From the NCBI GenBank assembly GCA_945902735.1, contig CAMDNF010000002.1, forward strand, positions 1,400 to 65,399: a stretch of 64,000 nucleotides of DNA, read 5' to 3'. Positions 19,830 to 30,871 of the stretch are shown here, one piece after another (positions within the stretch are counted from its first letter, which is position 1; every line of letters starts with the position of its first letter). The stretch is from Rhizobium sp. Q54. Its GTDB lineage: Bacteria; Pseudomonadota; Alphaproteobacteria; UBA828. The notes below the pieces were generated by a model that did no database searches, was not told the DNA's origin, and saw only the letters and a list, made by a program, of their open reading frames with translations. Position numbers and translations under genes: made by a program.

Positions 19830-21716
19830 CTAGGCTGTTCCGCGAGACCCTTGGGCTCGAGTCCGCCTCACATGCCCGAGCAACGCCGTGACCGCCGCAG
19901 GCGTTATCCCCGACATCCGCGAGGCCGCGCCAAGCGTTGCCGGCCGGGCCAGGCTCAGCTTCTCCCGCACCTCGGTCGACAGGCTCGGGATATGGTGATA
20001 GTCCAAATCGCCGGGCAGCGCCAAATCCTCGTCGCGCCTAAAGGCCGCGATGTCGGCCGCCTGGCGCTCCACGTAGCTCGTGTAATGCGATTCAATTTCA
20101 AGGCTTTCCGCGATATCTGGCGGCGCGGTCGCGAACTCCGGCCAGAGCCGGGTTATGGTCCGCCAGCCGGTCTCCGCCTGGCCCAGCAGGGTAAAGCCGT
20201 CCCGCCGCTGGCCGTCCAAATTAACCATGAGGCCCTTGGCCCGTAGCTCGCTCGGCGTTAGGCTCGCGGCCTTCAAACGCGCGCGGGTCGCCGCTACATC
20301 TGTCCGCTTCCGCTCATAGACGGCGCGGCGGATCGGGCCGACACAGCCGATCTCGATGCCTCGGTCGGTCAACCGAAGGTCGGCATTATCGGGGCGGAGA
20401 GTCAGACGATATTCCGCGCGCGAGGAAAACATTCGATAGGGCTCGGTCACGCCCTGGGTCACCAGATCGTCGATCATCACGCCCAACATGGCGTCCGCCC
20501 GATCTGGCACGAAGGGCGCGCTACCCCCCACCGCTAGAGCTGCATTTAGGCCAGCCACAAGACCTTGTGCTCCGGCTTCTTCATAACCGGTCGTGCCATT
20601 AATCTGGCCGGCGAAATAGAGGCCGCGCACACGCTTGGTTTCAAGCGTCGGGTGCAATTCGCGCGGATCGACATAATCATATTCGATCGCATAGCCCGGT
20701 CGGATGATCGTCGCGCGCTCAAGGCCCGGTATGGTGGCGAGGAAAGCCGCCTGAATTTCCCGCGGCAGCGAGGTCGAAAGCCCGTTGGGATAGACGGTGT
20801 GGTCGTTCAGCCCTTCAGGCTCCAGGAAGATTTGGTGCCGATCGCGCTCGGCGAAGCGCACCACCTTATCCTCGATCGAGGGGCAATAGCGGGGCCCGCG
20901 ACCCTCGATCTGGCCGGAATAAATAGGGGCCCGATGTAAATTCGCGCGGATTAGGTCATGGGCCTTGGGCCCCGTCGCCGTGATGTGGCAGGCGATCTGC
21001 GGCTGGGTGATCGCTTCGGTCAGATAGGAAAACGGCACGGGCGGTTGGTCGCCCGGTTGGGCCTCGAGCGCGGCCCAATCGATGGTGCGCCCGTCGAGCC
21101 GGGGCGGCGTGCCGGTTTTCAGGCGCCCAAGACGAAATCCCTTGTCATACAAATACTTAGATAGGCCCATCGCGGGCGCTTCGCCAACCCGGCCGGCGGG
21201 GATTTTCTCTTCGCCGATATGAATCAAACCGCGCAAAAAAGTGCCCGTGGTCAAGATCACGCGATTGGCCGCGATGGTCTCGTCCGCCGCCGTGATCACC
21301 CCGGCAATGCCGCCTGAGGCGTCGAACGCCAGGGCCTCGATTGCGGACGCGCGGATTTCGAGATTGGGCTGGACGGCCAACGCCGCTTGCATGGCGGTCT
21401 TATAGAGCTGCCGATCCTGCTGGGCGCGGGGCCCGCGTACGGCCGGCCCTTTGCTCCGGTTCAGCACACGAAATTGAATGCCGCCGGCATCGGCGACGCG
21501 GCCCATCAGCCCATCCAACGCATCGATCTCGCGCACCAGCGTGCCTTTGGCCAGGCCGCCAATCGCCGGGTTGCACGACATTTCACCGATCGTATCGAGC
21601 CGGTGGGTCACCAAAAGCGTGCGCGCGCCAAGGCGCGCCGAGGCGGAAGCGGCTTCGCAGCCCGCATGGCCCCCGCCGATTACGATGACGTCGAAAGAAT
21701 TCGCGCGATTTGGCAT
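19830..21716 (-). CDS. mnmG: tRNA uridine 5-carboxymethylaminomethyl modification enzyme MnmG (GidA)
   Basis: FAD-binding [16 protein letters not shown]; 628 aa. Confidence 0.95.
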   Translation of the reverse strand: MPNRANSFDVIVIGGGHAGCEAASASARLGARTLLVTHRLDTIGEMSCNPAIGGLAKGTLVREIDALDGLMGRVADAGGIQFRVLNRSKGPAVRGPRAQQDRQLYKTAMQAALAVQPNLEIRASAIEALAFDASGGIAGVITAADETIAANRVILTTGTFLRGLIHIGEEKIPAGRVGEAPAMGLSKYLYDKGFRLGRLKTGTPPRLDGRTIDWAALEAQPGDQPPVPFSYLTEAITQPQIACHITATGPKAHDLIRANLHRAPIYSGQIEGRGPRYCPSIEDKVVRFAERDRHQIFLEPEGLNDHTVYPNGLSTSLPREIQAAFLATIPGLERATIIRPGYAIEYDYVDPRELHPTLETKRVRGLYFAGQINGTTGYEEAGAQGLVAGLNAALAVGGSAPFVPDRADAMLGVMIDDLVTQGVTEPYRMFSSRAEYRLTLRPDNADLRLTDRGIEIGCVGPIRRAVYERKRTDVAATRARLKAASLTPSELRAKGLMVNLDGQRRDGFTLLGQAETGWRTITRLWPEFATAPPDIAESLEIESHYTSYVERQAADIAAFRRDEDLALPGDLDYHHIPSLSTEVREKLSLARPATLGAASRMSGITPAAVTALLGHVRRTRAQGSRGTA

Positions 21717-21774
21717 GAGAGGAGGGACGCGTCCTTATTGCGCGCCCTCTCCTAGCAAAACCCGGCGGGTACCG

Positions 21775-23115
21775 CTACTTGCCGATGCAGAACGAGCGAA
21801 AAACCTCGTCCAGCACATCCTCGACATCGACCCGGCCCGTGATCCGGCCCAGCGCACGCGCGGCGAGGCGAAGATCCTCGGCGCAGAGCTCAACCCCCGT
21901 CGCGTCGCGGGCACGTTGCAACGCCGCCCGCGCCTCTTCCAGCGCGCGGCGATGGCGTATTTGCGTCAAGGCCGGCGAAGCCGCCTCCGCCATCAATTTC
22001 GCGGCCTCGGTTGCGAGCCGTGCGATCAAACCGTCCAGGCCAGAGCCGGTTATGCAAGATACTGGTTCGATGGGGATTCCTTGAACCGATCGCGGCGCGG
22101 CGGCGGCCAAGAGATCGGCTTTGTTGAGAATGATCATTGCCTTGCTATCTATTAGCGCCTCGGCCTTTGGGTCGATCGTCGGCCAGGTCGCGCCATCGAG
22201 CACGATCAGCTTGAGATCGGCCCGTTCCGCCCGCGCCAAAGCGCGTTTGATGCCCTCGGCCTCAATCTCGTCGGTCGCCTCGCGCAGGCCGGCGGTATCG
22301 GCAAGCAGCACGGGATAACCGCCGAGATCGAGCCTGATCTCGACCACATCGCGCGTGGTGCCAGCGGTTGCCGCCACAATCGCCACATCGCGTCGCGCGA
22401 TCGCGTTCAGAAGGCTAGACTTCCCGGCATTGGGCGGACCCAGAATGGCGATCTCCAAGCCATCGCGCACCAGCTCGCCCCGTCGCCCATCGTCGAGATG
22501 GGCTGAAAGGGCCGCGACCAGGCGGTCGATGCCTCGCTTTATCTTTTCCTCCAGCCCGGCGGGTAAATCCTGGTCGGAAAAGTCGAGCCCGGCCTCGGCC
22601 AGGGCCATCACCTCGATGATACCGGCGCGCCAGCCGTCATAGAGCGCGCCAAGTGCGCCGCCCATTTGGCCGAGGGCCTGGCGGCGCTGGGCCCCGGTTT
22701 CCGCCGCGATAAGATCGGCCAAACCTTCCGCCGCGACCAAATCGAGCCGCCCCTGATCGAAGGCGCGACGCGCAAACTCCCCGGGCTCCGCCGGGCGGAG
22801 ACCCTCGATCTCGCTCAAGGATTCCAGCACCCCGGCGATCACGGCGCGACCGCCATGGACATGGAGCTCCGCCATATCCTCGCCGGTAAAGCTCGACGGC
22901 GCGGGGAAGTAGAGGGTCAAGGCCTGATCGAGCGCCTCGCCAGTACGCGGGTGGCGCAGCGCCCGCACAATCGCCTGACGTGCCGCCCCCAGGGGCCGAC
23001 CGCTCAGCAGTGTGAGCGATTCGCCCGCTTTCGGGCCCGATAGTCGAATAACCGCGATCGCGCCGCGCCCCGGCCCGGTCGATAGCGCAAAAATCGTATC
23101 GAGCGCCGAACCCAC
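21775..23115 (-). CDS. mnmE: tRNA modification GTPase MnmE (TrmE)
   Basis: DTIFALSTGPGRGAIAVIRLSG N-domain, G-domain GPPNAGKSSLLN…DTAG, and a C-terminal …FCIGK. Confidence 0.9.
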   Translation of the reverse strand: MGSALDTIFALSTGPGRGAIAVIRLSGPKAGESLTLLSGRPLGAARQAIVRALRHPRTGEALDQALTLYFPAPSSFTGEDMAELHVHGGRAVIAGVLESLSEIEGLRPAEPGEFARRAFDQGRLDLVAAEGLADLIAAETGAQRRQALGQMGGALGALYDGWRAGIIEVMALAEAGLDFSDQDLPAGLEEKIKRGIDRLVAALSAHLDDGRRGELVRDGLEIAILGPPNAGKSSLLNAIARRDVAIVAATAGTTRDVVEIRLDLGGYPVLLADTAGLREATDEIEAEGIKRALARAERADLKLIVLDGATWPTIDPKAEALIDSKAMIILNKADLLAAAAPRSVQGIPIEPVSCITGSGLDGLIARLATEAAKLMAEAASPALTQIRHRRALEEARAALQRARDATGVELCAEDLRLAARALGRITGRVDVEDVLDEVFRSFCIGK

Positions 23116-23121
23116 CGCCTC

Positions 23122-23490
23122 TTAGCCGCTCGCGGCCTTATCGGGCAGCTTTTGCTCCGGCTGAAGAATCAGGCGTTTGACCCGCCCGCCATCACGCAAA
23201 TGGGTGCTCAGGATCTCGTCGATATCGGCGGTGGTCCGATAGCTATACCAAACGCCTTCGGGGTAGATCACCAAGGTCGGGCCGAGCTCGCACCGATCAA
23301 GACAGCCGGCGATGTTGACCCGGACGCCATCAAGCCCGAGCTCCTTTGCCCGCGCCTTCATGTGATCGCGCAATTTGACCGCGCCCTTCTCGGCGCAGCA
23401 GCCCCGTGTATGCCCGGGCGGGCGCACATTGGTGCAGCAAAACACATGGGCGTCGTAATAGGGCTTCGGGTCATCCGGCCGGCTTGCCAT
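23122..23490 (-). CDS. Thioredoxin-like [2Fe-2S] ferredoxin-family protein
   Basis: Cys pattern HVFCCTN…GCCAE…AGCLDRCELGP, typical of thioredoxin-like [2Fe-2S] ferredoxins. Confidence 0.65.
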   Translation of the reverse strand: MASRPDDPKPYYDAHVFCCTNVRPPGHTRGCCAEKGAVKLRDHMKARAKELGLDGVRVNIAGCLDRCELGPTLVIYPEGVWYSYRTTADIDEILSTHLRDGGRVKRLILQPEQKLPDKAASG

Positions 23491-23499
23491 GGCGAGTGC

Positions 23500-23754
23500 T
23501 CAGTCCTTCTTGTTGTCTTTCATGCCGAGGCCGCCCATGCCGCCCCAAAACGTCTTTTGCAGCTCCTCGAAGCCTTTCATCATTGATGGGCCCCAATTGC
23601 GCATCAAGGCCTCGGGCTCCATACCGGCGATCGCGGTGCGCATGCGCTGTTCGATATCGGCCATCACGGCCTTTTGCATGGGCTCAACATCGGGCAGGCC
23701 GAAGAAGGCGCGCGCCTCTTGGGGCGAGCATTCGATATCAATATGAAATTTCAT
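23500..23754 (-). CDS. Small hypothetical protein (84 aa)
   Basis: ORF 23500..23865, likely ATG at 23754 ([22 protein letters not shown]…). Gly/Met-rich C-terminus; no recognised family. Confidence 0.4.
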   Translation of the reverse strand: MKFHIDIECSPQEARAFFGLPDVEPMQKAVMADIEQRMRTAIAGMEPEALMRNWGPSMMKGFEELQKTFWGGMGGLGMKDNKKD

Positions 23755-23821
23755 GGCGCTCTCCGGCATTGGCGCGGGTGACTCAACGAGGCGCCCGCCT
23801 ATATTGTGGGCGAGGCCCGGC

Positions 23822-25891
23822 ATGACTGCAAGCCGCGCACCCAAGGAGTCTCCTTTGAGCCGCAACCGCCTCGCCGAAGAAGCCAGCCCCTATCTCCAAC
23901 AGCACAGCGACAACCCCGTGCACTGGCAGGCCTGGGGCCCCGAGGCGCTCGCGGAATCGAAGGCAAGCGGCAAACCCATATTGCTGTCGGTCGGCTATTC
24001 CTCATGCCATTGGTGCCATGTCATGGCGCATGAAAGCTTCGAGGACGCCGAGACCGCGGCGCTCATGAACAAGCTCTATATCAACATCAAGGTCGACCGC
24101 GAGGAACGCCCGGATCTCGACGCGGTCTATCAGCGCGCCCTCGCGCTGATGGGTCAACAGGGCGGTTGGCCGCTCACCATGTTTTTGACGCCCGAGGGCG
24201 AGCCATTTTGGGGCGGCACGTATTTTCCGCCCGAGGCGAAATGGGGCCGGCCGAGTTTTCGCGACGTCCTCGCGATGGTCGATGAGGCCTATCACAACGA
24301 GCCCGAGAAGATCGACAAGAACCGCGGCGCGCTCAAGAACGGCCTCGCCGCGATGGGCCAATCGCGCCCGGGCGGCGAGATCACCAAGGTTCAGATCAAT
24401 TCCTGCGCCGACACCATGCTGCATGAAATCGACGGCAAGCATGGCGGCATTGGTGGCGCGCCGAAATTTCCCAACACCACGATGTTGGACATGCTTTGGC
24501 GCAATTACAGGCGCACCGGCTCCCAGCTGATGCGCACCGCCGTGCTGCTCACCATGGAACGAATGAGCCAGGGCGGTATTTACGATCATCTCGGCGGCGG
24601 CTATGCGCGCTATTCGACCGATGAGCGCTGGCTCGCGCCGCATTTTGAGAAAATGCTCTACGACAACGCGCAGATTCTCGATTTGCTCGGCCAGGTCTGG
24701 CTCGATACCGAGAACGCGCTGTTCCGCCGGCGCGCACGAGAGACCGTCGAATGGCTGTTGCGCGAAATGCTGACGGGGGAAGGGGCCTTCGCCTCCGCAC
24801 TCGATGCCGATAGCGAGGGCGAGGAAGGCACATTCTATGTCTGGGGCGAGGCCGAGATCGACGCGGTTTTGGGCGCGGACGCGGCTGTCTTCAAAGCGGT
24901 CTATGATGTTTCCGCGCACGGCAATTGGGAGCACGCCAATATTTTGAACCGGCTACGCCCGCCGCGTCTTGGCGCGAAGGTCGATGAAGCCGCGCTCAAA
25001 ACAATGCGCGCCAAATTGTTGGCCGAGCGCGCCAAGCGCGAACGCCCATCGTGGGACGATAAAGTCCTCGCCGATTGGAATGGCCTGATAATCGCCGCGA
25101 TGGCGGAGACCTCGCAAATTTTCGCTGAACCAACTTGGCTCGCGGCCGCGCGCAAGGCCTATCATTATGTCGTCAATGTGATGGGCGAGGGCGGGCGGCT
25201 GCGCCATGCGGCGCGCCACGGCAAGGTCAAGCCCGCCGAATTTCTCGATGATTACGCCAATATGGCGCGCGCGGCGCTTGCACTTTATGAGGCCACGGGC
25301 GAAGCGGTTTATATCGATGATGCGCGGCGCTTCGTGCTCCACCTCGATCAAGATTATTGGGATAATGCGAGCGGCGGTTATTTTTATGCGCCGACCGGCG
25401 CCGAAACGATTTTGGTGCGCACCAAAACAGCGCATGACAGCGCCACGCCGGCCGGCAATGGCACCATGGTCGGTGTGCTCGCGCGGCTCTTTTTTCTCAC
25501 TGGCGACAATGCCTATGGCAAACGCGCCGAGGCTTTGATGAAGGCGTTCTCGGGCGAACTTGAAGGCAATTTCGCGCCGATCGCCTGCTTGATCAATAAT
25601 GCCGAGCTCCTGATGGGCGCGGTGCAAGTGGCGATTATCGGCCGACGTGGCGAAGCAGGCACGGACGCGCTGATCCGCGCGGCCTATTCGGTCGCGGCGC
25701 CCAACCGCGTGCTCTTGGTCGCGGCGCCCGATGCCACGCTGCCGATCGGCCATCCCGCCAGTTTCAAACCGCAGATCGATGGCAAACCGACCGCCTATGT
25801 GTGCGTGGGCACCACATGCTCGCTTCCGGTGACTGATGAAGCCTCGCTCAAGGCCGAAATCGAGGCGGCCTCAGAGCGTGTGTTGGGGTGA
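23822..25891 (+). CDS. Thioredoxin-domain protein YyaL (DUF255 + six-hairpin glycosidase-like domain)
   Basis: N-terminal [22 protein letters not shown]…[22 protein letters not shown] (thioredoxin-like CxxC), followed by the long α/α-toroid region typical of YyaL. Confidence 0.85.
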   Translation: MTASRAPKESPLSRNRLAEEASPYLQQHSDNPVHWQAWGPEALAESKASGKPILLSVGYSSCHWCHVMAHESFEDAETAALMNKLYINIKVDREERPDLDAVYQRALALMGQQGGWPLTMFLTPEGEPFWGGTYFPPEAKWGRPSFRDVLAMVDEAYHNEPEKIDKNRGALKNGLAAMGQSRPGGEITKVQINSCADTMLHEIDGKHGGIGGAPKFPNTTMLDMLWRNYRRTGSQLMRTAVLLTMERMSQGGIYDHLGGGYARYSTDERWLAPHFEKMLYDNAQILDLLGQVWLDTENALFRRRARETVEWLLREMLTGEGAFASALDADSEGEEGTFYVWGEAEIDAVLGADAAVFKAVYDVSAHGNWEHANILNRLRPPRLGAKVDEAALKTMRAKLLAERAKRERPSWDDKVLADWNGLIIAAMAETSQIFAEPTWLAAARKAYHYVVNVMGEGGRLRHAARHGKVKPAEFLDDYANMARAALALYEATGEAVYIDDARRFVLHLDQDYWDNASGGYFYAPTGAETILVRTKTAHDSATPAGNGTMVGVLARLFFLTGDNAYGKRAEALMKAFSGELEGNFAPIACLINNAELLMGAVQVAIIGRRGEAGTDALIRAAYSVAAPNRVLLVAAPDATLPIGHPASFKPQIDGKPTAYVCVGTTCSLPVTDEASLKAEIEAASERVLG

Positions 25892-25914
25892 GAAGGCGCG
25901 ACATCATCTGCTGC

Positions 25915-25940
25915 CCCCTCTCCCGCACGCGGGAGAGGGG
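25915..25940. repeat. GC-rich palindromic hairpin (REP-like unit)
   Basis: cccctctcccg-cacg-cgggagagggg between yyaL and ogt. Same stem family as the hairpins at 28384-28408 and 27266-27293. No flanking T-tract. Confidence 0.4.
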
Positions 25941-25952
25941 AAAAGCAAGTTC

Positions 25953-26474
25953 ATGCATGCCATGGCTACGCGGCTGATTTCTTCACCGATTGGGCCGATC
26001 GAGCTGCGCACCCAAGATGGGGCGTTGGTCGCGCTCACCATGTTGCCGAAGGCGGCAAAGCCCACGCCGCGTTTGGACAATGAGCCCATGTCGCCCGACG
26101 ATCGTGCGGTGCTGGATGAAGCCGAACGCCAATTGGTTGATTACTTCGCCGGTAGAAGGCGTGACTTTGACTTACCGCTCAAGCCCGAGGGCACCGCGTT
26201 TCGCCTGCGTGTATGGCGGGCCTTGAGCGAAATCCCCTATGGCGAGGTGCGCACCTATGGCGACCTTGCCATAAAACTCAAAACCGCGCCGCGCGCGGTC
26301 GGCGGTGCGTGTGGCGCCAACCCGATCGGGATCGTGGTGCCGTGCCATCGCGTGGTTGGCGGCAAAGGCGCGCTTGTCGGGTTTTCCGCCGGCGATGGCT
26401 GTGATACCAAAAAGGTGCTGCTCGCGCTCGAAGCGCAGGGCCCCTTGTTTGAACAACAACACGCACGGAATTAG
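25953..26474 (+). CDS. ogt: Methylated-DNA--protein-cysteine methyltransferase
   Basis: Active-site PCHRVVG, and the …YGEVRTYGDLA…NPIGIVVPCHRVVGGKGALVGF… region. Confidence 0.85.
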   Translation: MHAMATRLISSPIGPIELRTQDGALVALTMLPKAAKPTPRLDNEPMSPDDRAVLDEAERQLVDYFAGRRRDFDLPLKPEGTAFRLRVWRALSEIPYGEVRTYGDLAIKLKTAPRAVGGACGANPIGIVVPCHRVVGGKGALVGFSAGDGCDTKKVLLALEAQGPLFEQQHARN

Positions 26475-26486
26475 GGAGAACAGTGC

Positions 26487-27188
26487 ATGCCCGGACGCAT
26501 GATCACGATCAAGGCCAAGGACGGCGGTAGTTTTCAAGGGTTCCTCGCGACGCCCGATTCCGGCAAGGGTCCCAGCATTGTCGTGTTGCAGGAAATCTTC
26601 GGCGTCAATTATGTGATGCGTGAGATTTGCCACACGCTCGCGGCGCAAGGCTATATCGCGCTCTGCCCTGATCTCTTTTGGCGCATGGAGCCGAATTGCG
26701 AGCTATCCGACCGCACCGAAGGCGAGTGGGGTCGCGCGTTCAAATTCTATCAGGGTTTCGATGTGGCGAAGGGCGTTGACGATATCGCGGCTGGCGTCGA
26801 GGCCGCGCGCAAAGTGAAGGGCGCGACCGGCAAGGTTGGTGCGGTGGGTTATTGTTTGGGCGGCAAGCTCGCTTATTTGACCGCCACGCGCACCAATGCC
26901 GATTGCTCGGTCAGCTATTACGGCGTCGGCATCGAGGAATTGCTCAGCGAGGCCAAGACCATCAAATCGCCGCATATGCAGCACATCGCCGAGCAGGACA
27001 AATTCGTGCCGCCCGAGGCGCAAGCCAAAATCAAGGACGGTCTGAAGGGCAACAAGCTCGTCACGCTGCACAGTTATGCGGGCTGCGATCATGCCTTCGC
27101 GCGCTGGGGCGGCGAGCATTACGACGCCAAAGCGGCCAAGACGGCGAACGATCGGACGTACGAATTCTTCAAGACGCATTTAAGCTGA
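26487..27188 (+). CDS. Dienelactone hydrolase-family protein
   Basis: …GPSIVVLQEIFGVNYVMREICHTLAAQGYIALCPDLF…GYCLGG… nucleophile elbow. Confidence 0.8.
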   Translation: MPGRMITIKAKDGGSFQGFLATPDSGKGPSIVVLQEIFGVNYVMREICHTLAAQGYIALCPDLFWRMEPNCELSDRTEGEWGRAFKFYQGFDVAKGVDDIAAGVEAARKVKGATGKVGAVGYCLGGKLAYLTATRTNADCSVSYYGVGIEELLSEAKTIKSPHMQHIAEQDKFVPPEAQAKIKDGLKGNKLVTLHSYAGCDHAFARWGGEHYDAKAAKTANDRTYEFFKTHLS

Positions 27189-27192
27189 ATAT

Positions 27193-27293
27193 CCTTCCCC
27201 CGATATGGGGGAGGGGTGAGCCTAGAGCGGGCTACGCCCGCTTTCGTATCCACCCTCCAACCCAACCCTTCCTCCCGCCAGCGGGAGGAAGGG
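27193..27293. repeat. Mosaic REP-like element, copy 1 (three hairpins)
   Basis: Hairpins ccttccccc-gatat-gggggaggg, gagcgggc-tac-gcccgctt and cccttcctcccgc-ca-gcgggaggaaggg (a 13-bp stem followed by cttttcc). It is homologous, with compensatory stem changes, to 28301-28408. Confidence 0.6.
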
Positions 27294-27315
27294 CTTTTCC
27301 AGCGGAGTAGTTTTT

Positions 27316-28290
27316 ATGGTCAAGGCTGTTCGCATCCATAAACCCGGCGGTCCTGAGGCCATGGTCTATGAAGACGTTGACCTCGCGCCGCCGGGCGCGG
27401 GCGAGGCGCGAATCGTGCACAAGGCGATCGGCATCAACTTCATCGATGTCTATCACCGCACGGGGCTCTATCCGCTCGCGGCCTATCCCGGCGTGATCGG
27501 CATGGAGGGGGCGGGCCTTGTCGAGGCCGTTGGCACTGGTGTGACTGAAGTAAAAGCCGGTGATCGCGTCGCCTATGCCTCGCCGCCGCCCGGTGCCTAT
27601 GCCGAGGCGCGCAATCTCAAAGCCGCTTCTTTGGTCAAACTGCCGGCCGAAATTCCGTTCGAGAACGCCGCCGGCATGATGCTGCAAGGCATGACCGTCG
27701 AATATCTCCTGCGCCGCACCTATCAGGTGAAAGCGGGCGAGACGATTTTGATTCATGCCGCGGCCGGTGGCGTTGGGCTCATTCTTTGCCAATGGGCCAA
27801 GCATATCGGCGCGACGGTGATCGGCACGGTATCGAGCGAAGCCAAGGCTGAGCTCGCGCGCGCCCATGGCTGTCATCACCCGATCATCTACACCAAGGAA
27901 AATTTCGTCGAGCGCGTCAAGGAGATCACCAACGGGAAATTGCTCCCCGTGGTCTATGATTCGATTGGCAAGGATACGCTGATGAAATCGATGGAGTGCC
28001 TGCGCACGCGGGGGCTTCTGGTCAGCTTCGGTCAGGCCTCAGGCAAGCTCGACAATTTCGATACCGCCTCGCTCGCGCCGCGCTCGCTTTATTTAACGCG
28101 CCCGGGCCTGTTCAATTACATCGCGACACGGGCCGAGCTCGACGAATCGGCGAACGCGCTGTTCGATGTGGTGCGCGCGGGCAAGGTGAAAATCGACATC
28201 CATCACAAATATGCGCTGAAGGACGTGCGCCGAGCCCATATCGAGCTCGAGAGCCGCAAGACCACCGGCGGGCATATTTTGGTGCCGTGA
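27316..28290 (+). CDS. qor: NADPH:quinone oxidoreductase (zinc-type alcohol dehydrogenase superfamily)
   Basis: MVKAVRIHKPGGPEAMVYEDVDLAPPGAGEARIVHKAIGINFIDVYHRTGLYP…AAGGVGLILCQWAKHIGATVIG. Confidence 0.85.
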   Translation: MVKAVRIHKPGGPEAMVYEDVDLAPPGAGEARIVHKAIGINFIDVYHRTGLYPLAAYPGVIGMEGAGLVEAVGTGVTEVKAGDRVAYASPPPGAYAEARNLKAASLVKLPAEIPFENAAGMMLQGMTVEYLLRRTYQVKAGETILIHAAAGGVGLILCQWAKHIGATVIGTVSSEAKAELARAHGCHHPIIYTKENFVERVKEITNGKLLPVVYDSIGKDTLMKSMECLRTRGLLVSFGQASGKLDNFDTASLAPRSLYLTRPGLFNYIATRAELDESANALFDVVRAGKVKIDIHHKYALKDVRRAHIELESRKTTGGHILVP

Positions 28291-28300
28291 GAACACCCAT

Positions 28301-28408
28301 CCGCCCTTGAGGGCGGAACGGCCGGGGATGGTGGGTGACCTTAGAGCGGCCGAAGGCCGCTATGCTTCAACCCCACTCCCAACCCTCTCCCCGCTCACGG
28401 GGAGAGGG
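28301..28408. repeat. Mosaic REP-like element, copy 2
   Basis: ccgccc-ttga-gggcgg, gcggcc-gaa-ggccgc and ccctctccccg-ctca-cggggagaggg, with the shared backbone tgaSCYtagagcgg…ccgct…cc.ccctcccaaccc. The DMT gene's stop codon lies in the last hairpin. Confidence 0.6.
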
Positions 28409-29300
28409 CTCTCCGCTTCATCAGCATCGCCTCTCTTCGCGCGATATAGAGCCCACTGCCGATCAGTAGGGCCGCGCCGATCCAGGTCCAGAGATCGGGA
28501 AATTCGGCGAACACCAAATAGCCGAGAAAGGTCGCCCCGATCAGCTGGCCATAATCGAACGGCCCGACGATCGAGGCCTGGCCCAGCTGATAGGCCTTGA
28601 CCATGAAATAATGACCTATCCCGCCCGCCACACCCATTGAGGCGAACAGGCCCCAATCGACGAGATTGTGCGGCGTCGTCCAGAAAAACGGCACGGCGAT
28701 CGCGGATGCGACGAGGCTTACGGTGATGGTGTAGATGCCGGTCGTGCGCGGCGAATCATAGAGCGCGATGCGGCGCGTCAAAAGTTGATAGGCGGCATAA
28801 CAAAGCGCCGAACCGATGACGAGAAAATCCGCCCAATGCATCACCTCGCCACCGGGGCGAATGATCACAATCGCGCCGATGAACCCGACCATCACGGCGG
28901 CCCAGCGGCGGGGACCAACTTTTTCGCCAAGCATCGGGCCCGATAGAGCGACCACCAGTAGCGGCGCGGTGAAGGCGACGGTGGTTGCGGTCGTGAGCGG
29001 AATGAAGGTGAGCGCGACGGTATAAAACCCGGTCGAGGCGCATTGCAGGCTCGAGCGGCCAAGTTGCCAGCCAAGCCGCCTGGTGCGAAAGATCGCGAGA
29101 CCATGGCCCGGCAAGAGCATGGCAAGCATGACCAATAAATGCCCGGCCGAGCGCATGAAGACGACTTCGACCACGCCATATTCGATCGCGAGATGTTTCA
29201 TCGCCGTGTTGAGACACGGAAACATCACGATCGTGGTCGCGCACATGAACAAAATCGCGACGAGCGGGCGATTCAGCGCGGGGCGCAGGGGATCGACCAT
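28395..29300 (-). CDS. DMT-superfamily (EamA-like) transporter
   Basis: About 10 predicted TM segments and duplicated EamA-like halves. ATG at 29300 (MVDPLRPALNRPLVAILFM…). Confidence 0.75.
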   Translation of the reverse strand: MVDPLRPALNRPLVAILFMCATTIVMFPCLNTAMKHLAIEYGVVEVVFMRSAGHLLVMLAMLLPGHGLAIFRTRRLGWQLGRSSLQCASTGFYTVALTFIPLTTATTVAFTAPLLVVALSGPMLGEKVGPRRWAAVMVGFIGAIVIIRPGGEVMHWADFLVIGSALCYAAYQLLTRRIALYDSPRTTGIYTITVSLVASAIAVPFFWTTPHNLVDWGLFASMGVAGGIGHYFMVKAYQLGQASIVGPFDYGQLIGATFLGYLVFAEFPDLWTWIGAALLIGSGLYIARREAMLMKRRALSP

Positions 29301-29356
29301 GGGATCAGTCCAAGACCCTTCCGTCCCGCGCCCCGCGGGCAAAGGATTCGGCCTTT

Positions 29357-30613
29357 TTAGGTATTCATGCTTTCGAAGAAATCGCTATTGCCCTTGGTGC
29401 TCTTGAGCTTATCGACCAGGAATTCCATGCCGTCGATCGTGCCCATGGGCATCAAGATACGCCGCAGCACCCACATTTTGGAGAGCGTTGCCTTATCGAC
29501 CAAGAGCTCTTCCTTGCGTGTGCCCGAGCGCGCGATGTCGATCGAGGGGAAGGTGCGCTTATCGGCGAGCTTGCGATCCAGAATGATTTCCGAATTGCCG
29601 GTGCCCTTGAACTCTTCGAAAATTACTTCATCCATGCGCGAGCCGGTATCGATCAGGGCCGTCGCGATGATGGTGAGTGAGCCGCCCTCTTCGATGTTGC
29701 GCGCGGCACCAAAGAAGCGCTTCGGCCGTTGCAACGCATTGGCGTCAACACCGCCGGTCAACACCTTGCCCGATGACGGCACGACGGTGTTATAGGCGCG
29801 AGCCAAGCGCGTAATTGAATCCAAAAGGATTACCACGTCGCGTTTGTGCTCGACCAGGCGCTTCGCCTTATCGATCACCATTTCGGCGACCTGAACATGG
29901 CGCGTTGCCGGTTCGTCGAAGGTCGAGGACACCACTTCGCCCTTCACCGAGCGAATCATGTCGGTCACTTCTTCGGGCCGCTCATCGATCAACAACACGA
30001 TCAGGAAACATTCGGGATGATTGACTTCGATCGAGCGCGCGATGTTTTGTAACATCACGGTCTTGCCGGTGCGGGGCGGCGCCACGATCAACCCGCGCTG
30101 ACCCTTGCCCAAGGGCGCGACGAGATCGATGATGCGGCAGGTCATATCCTTGATGGTCGGTTTTTCGATTTCGAGCTTGAATCGCTCGTCCGGATACAGC
30201 GGCGTCAGATTGTCGAAATTGACCTTGTGCCGGGTTGCCTCCGGATTGTCGAAATTGATCGAATTCAGCTTCAGGAGCGCGAAATAGCGCTCGCCATCCT
30301 TAGGCGCGCGGATCTGGCCATCGAGTGTATCGCCGGTGCGGAGCGCAAAACGGCGGATCTGGCTCGGGCTGACATAAATATCATCCGGCCCGGGCAGATA
30401 ATTCGCTTCCGGTGAGCGCAGGAAGCCGAAACCATCCTGCAGAATTTCGAGCACGCCATCGCCGAAGATGCCCTCATCCTTCTCGGCGAGCTGCTTCAGA
30501 ATGGCGAACATCAGATCCTGTCGCCGCATCGTATTGGCGTTCTCGATCTGCAGCCGCTCGGCGAACTCCAAGAGCTCGGTCGGTGGCTTTTTCTTCAATT
30601 CTTTCAATTGCAT
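29357..30613 (-). CDS. rho: Transcription termination factor Rho
   Basis: N-terminal [25 protein letters not shown], Walker [15 protein letters not shown] loops; 418 aa. Confidence 0.95.
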   Translation of the reverse strand: MQLKELKKKPPTELLEFAERLQIENANTMRRQDLMFAILKQLAEKDEGIFGDGVLEILQDGFGFLRSPEANYLPGPDDIYVSPSQIRRFALRTGDTLDGQIRAPKDGERYFALLKLNSINFDNPEATRHKVNFDNLTPLYPDERFKLEIEKPTIKDMTCRIIDLVAPLGKGQRGLIVAPPRTGKTVMLQNIARSIEVNHPECFLIVLLIDERPEEVTDMIRSVKGEVVSSTFDEPATRHVQVAEMVIDKAKRLVEHKRDVVILLDSITRLARAYNTVVPSSGKVLTGGVDANALQRPKRFFGAARNIEEGGSLTIIATALIDTGSRMDEVIFEEFKGTGNSEIILDRKLADKRTFPSIDIARSGTRKEELLVDKATLSKMWVLRRILMPMGTIDGMEFLVDKLKSTKGNSDFFESMNT

Positions 30614-30871
30614 GGGGATTCAACGCGCAATGGTGGAAGGGACCTGGCGTGAGCCTGGATGGAACCGGCGGAAGGGCTGACGCACGGTAGAGGCGGGGAG
30701 GAAACCGAGTGGAGGAGAGACGCCGTTCTTGGGCTACCGGGTCTTTGCGCCCGGCTAACGCGCCTCCAGGACTAGATTTATCGACCCAGAGGGCTGAAAG
30801 TCAAGCCGCCCGCCAATCGTCTGTCCGGAGCACGCCGATTTAACGGCACGCTCAGTCTGTCGCGGGATTGG
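30614..30871 (-). promoter_or_regulatory. Long rho leader / promoter region
   Basis: ~258-nt untranslated region upstream of rho. Long structured leaders mediating Rho autoregulation are established in other bacteria; nothing specific was verified here. Confidence 0.3.

Noticed and set aside
24002-24934. 310-aa minus-strand ORF
   Set aside because: Antisense to yyaL; high-GC shadow ORF.
25915-25940. Hairpin after yyaL as a Rho-independent terminator
   Set aside because: GC-rich 11-bp stem but no U-tract on either strand. It is better explained as a REP-like unit related to those flanking qor.
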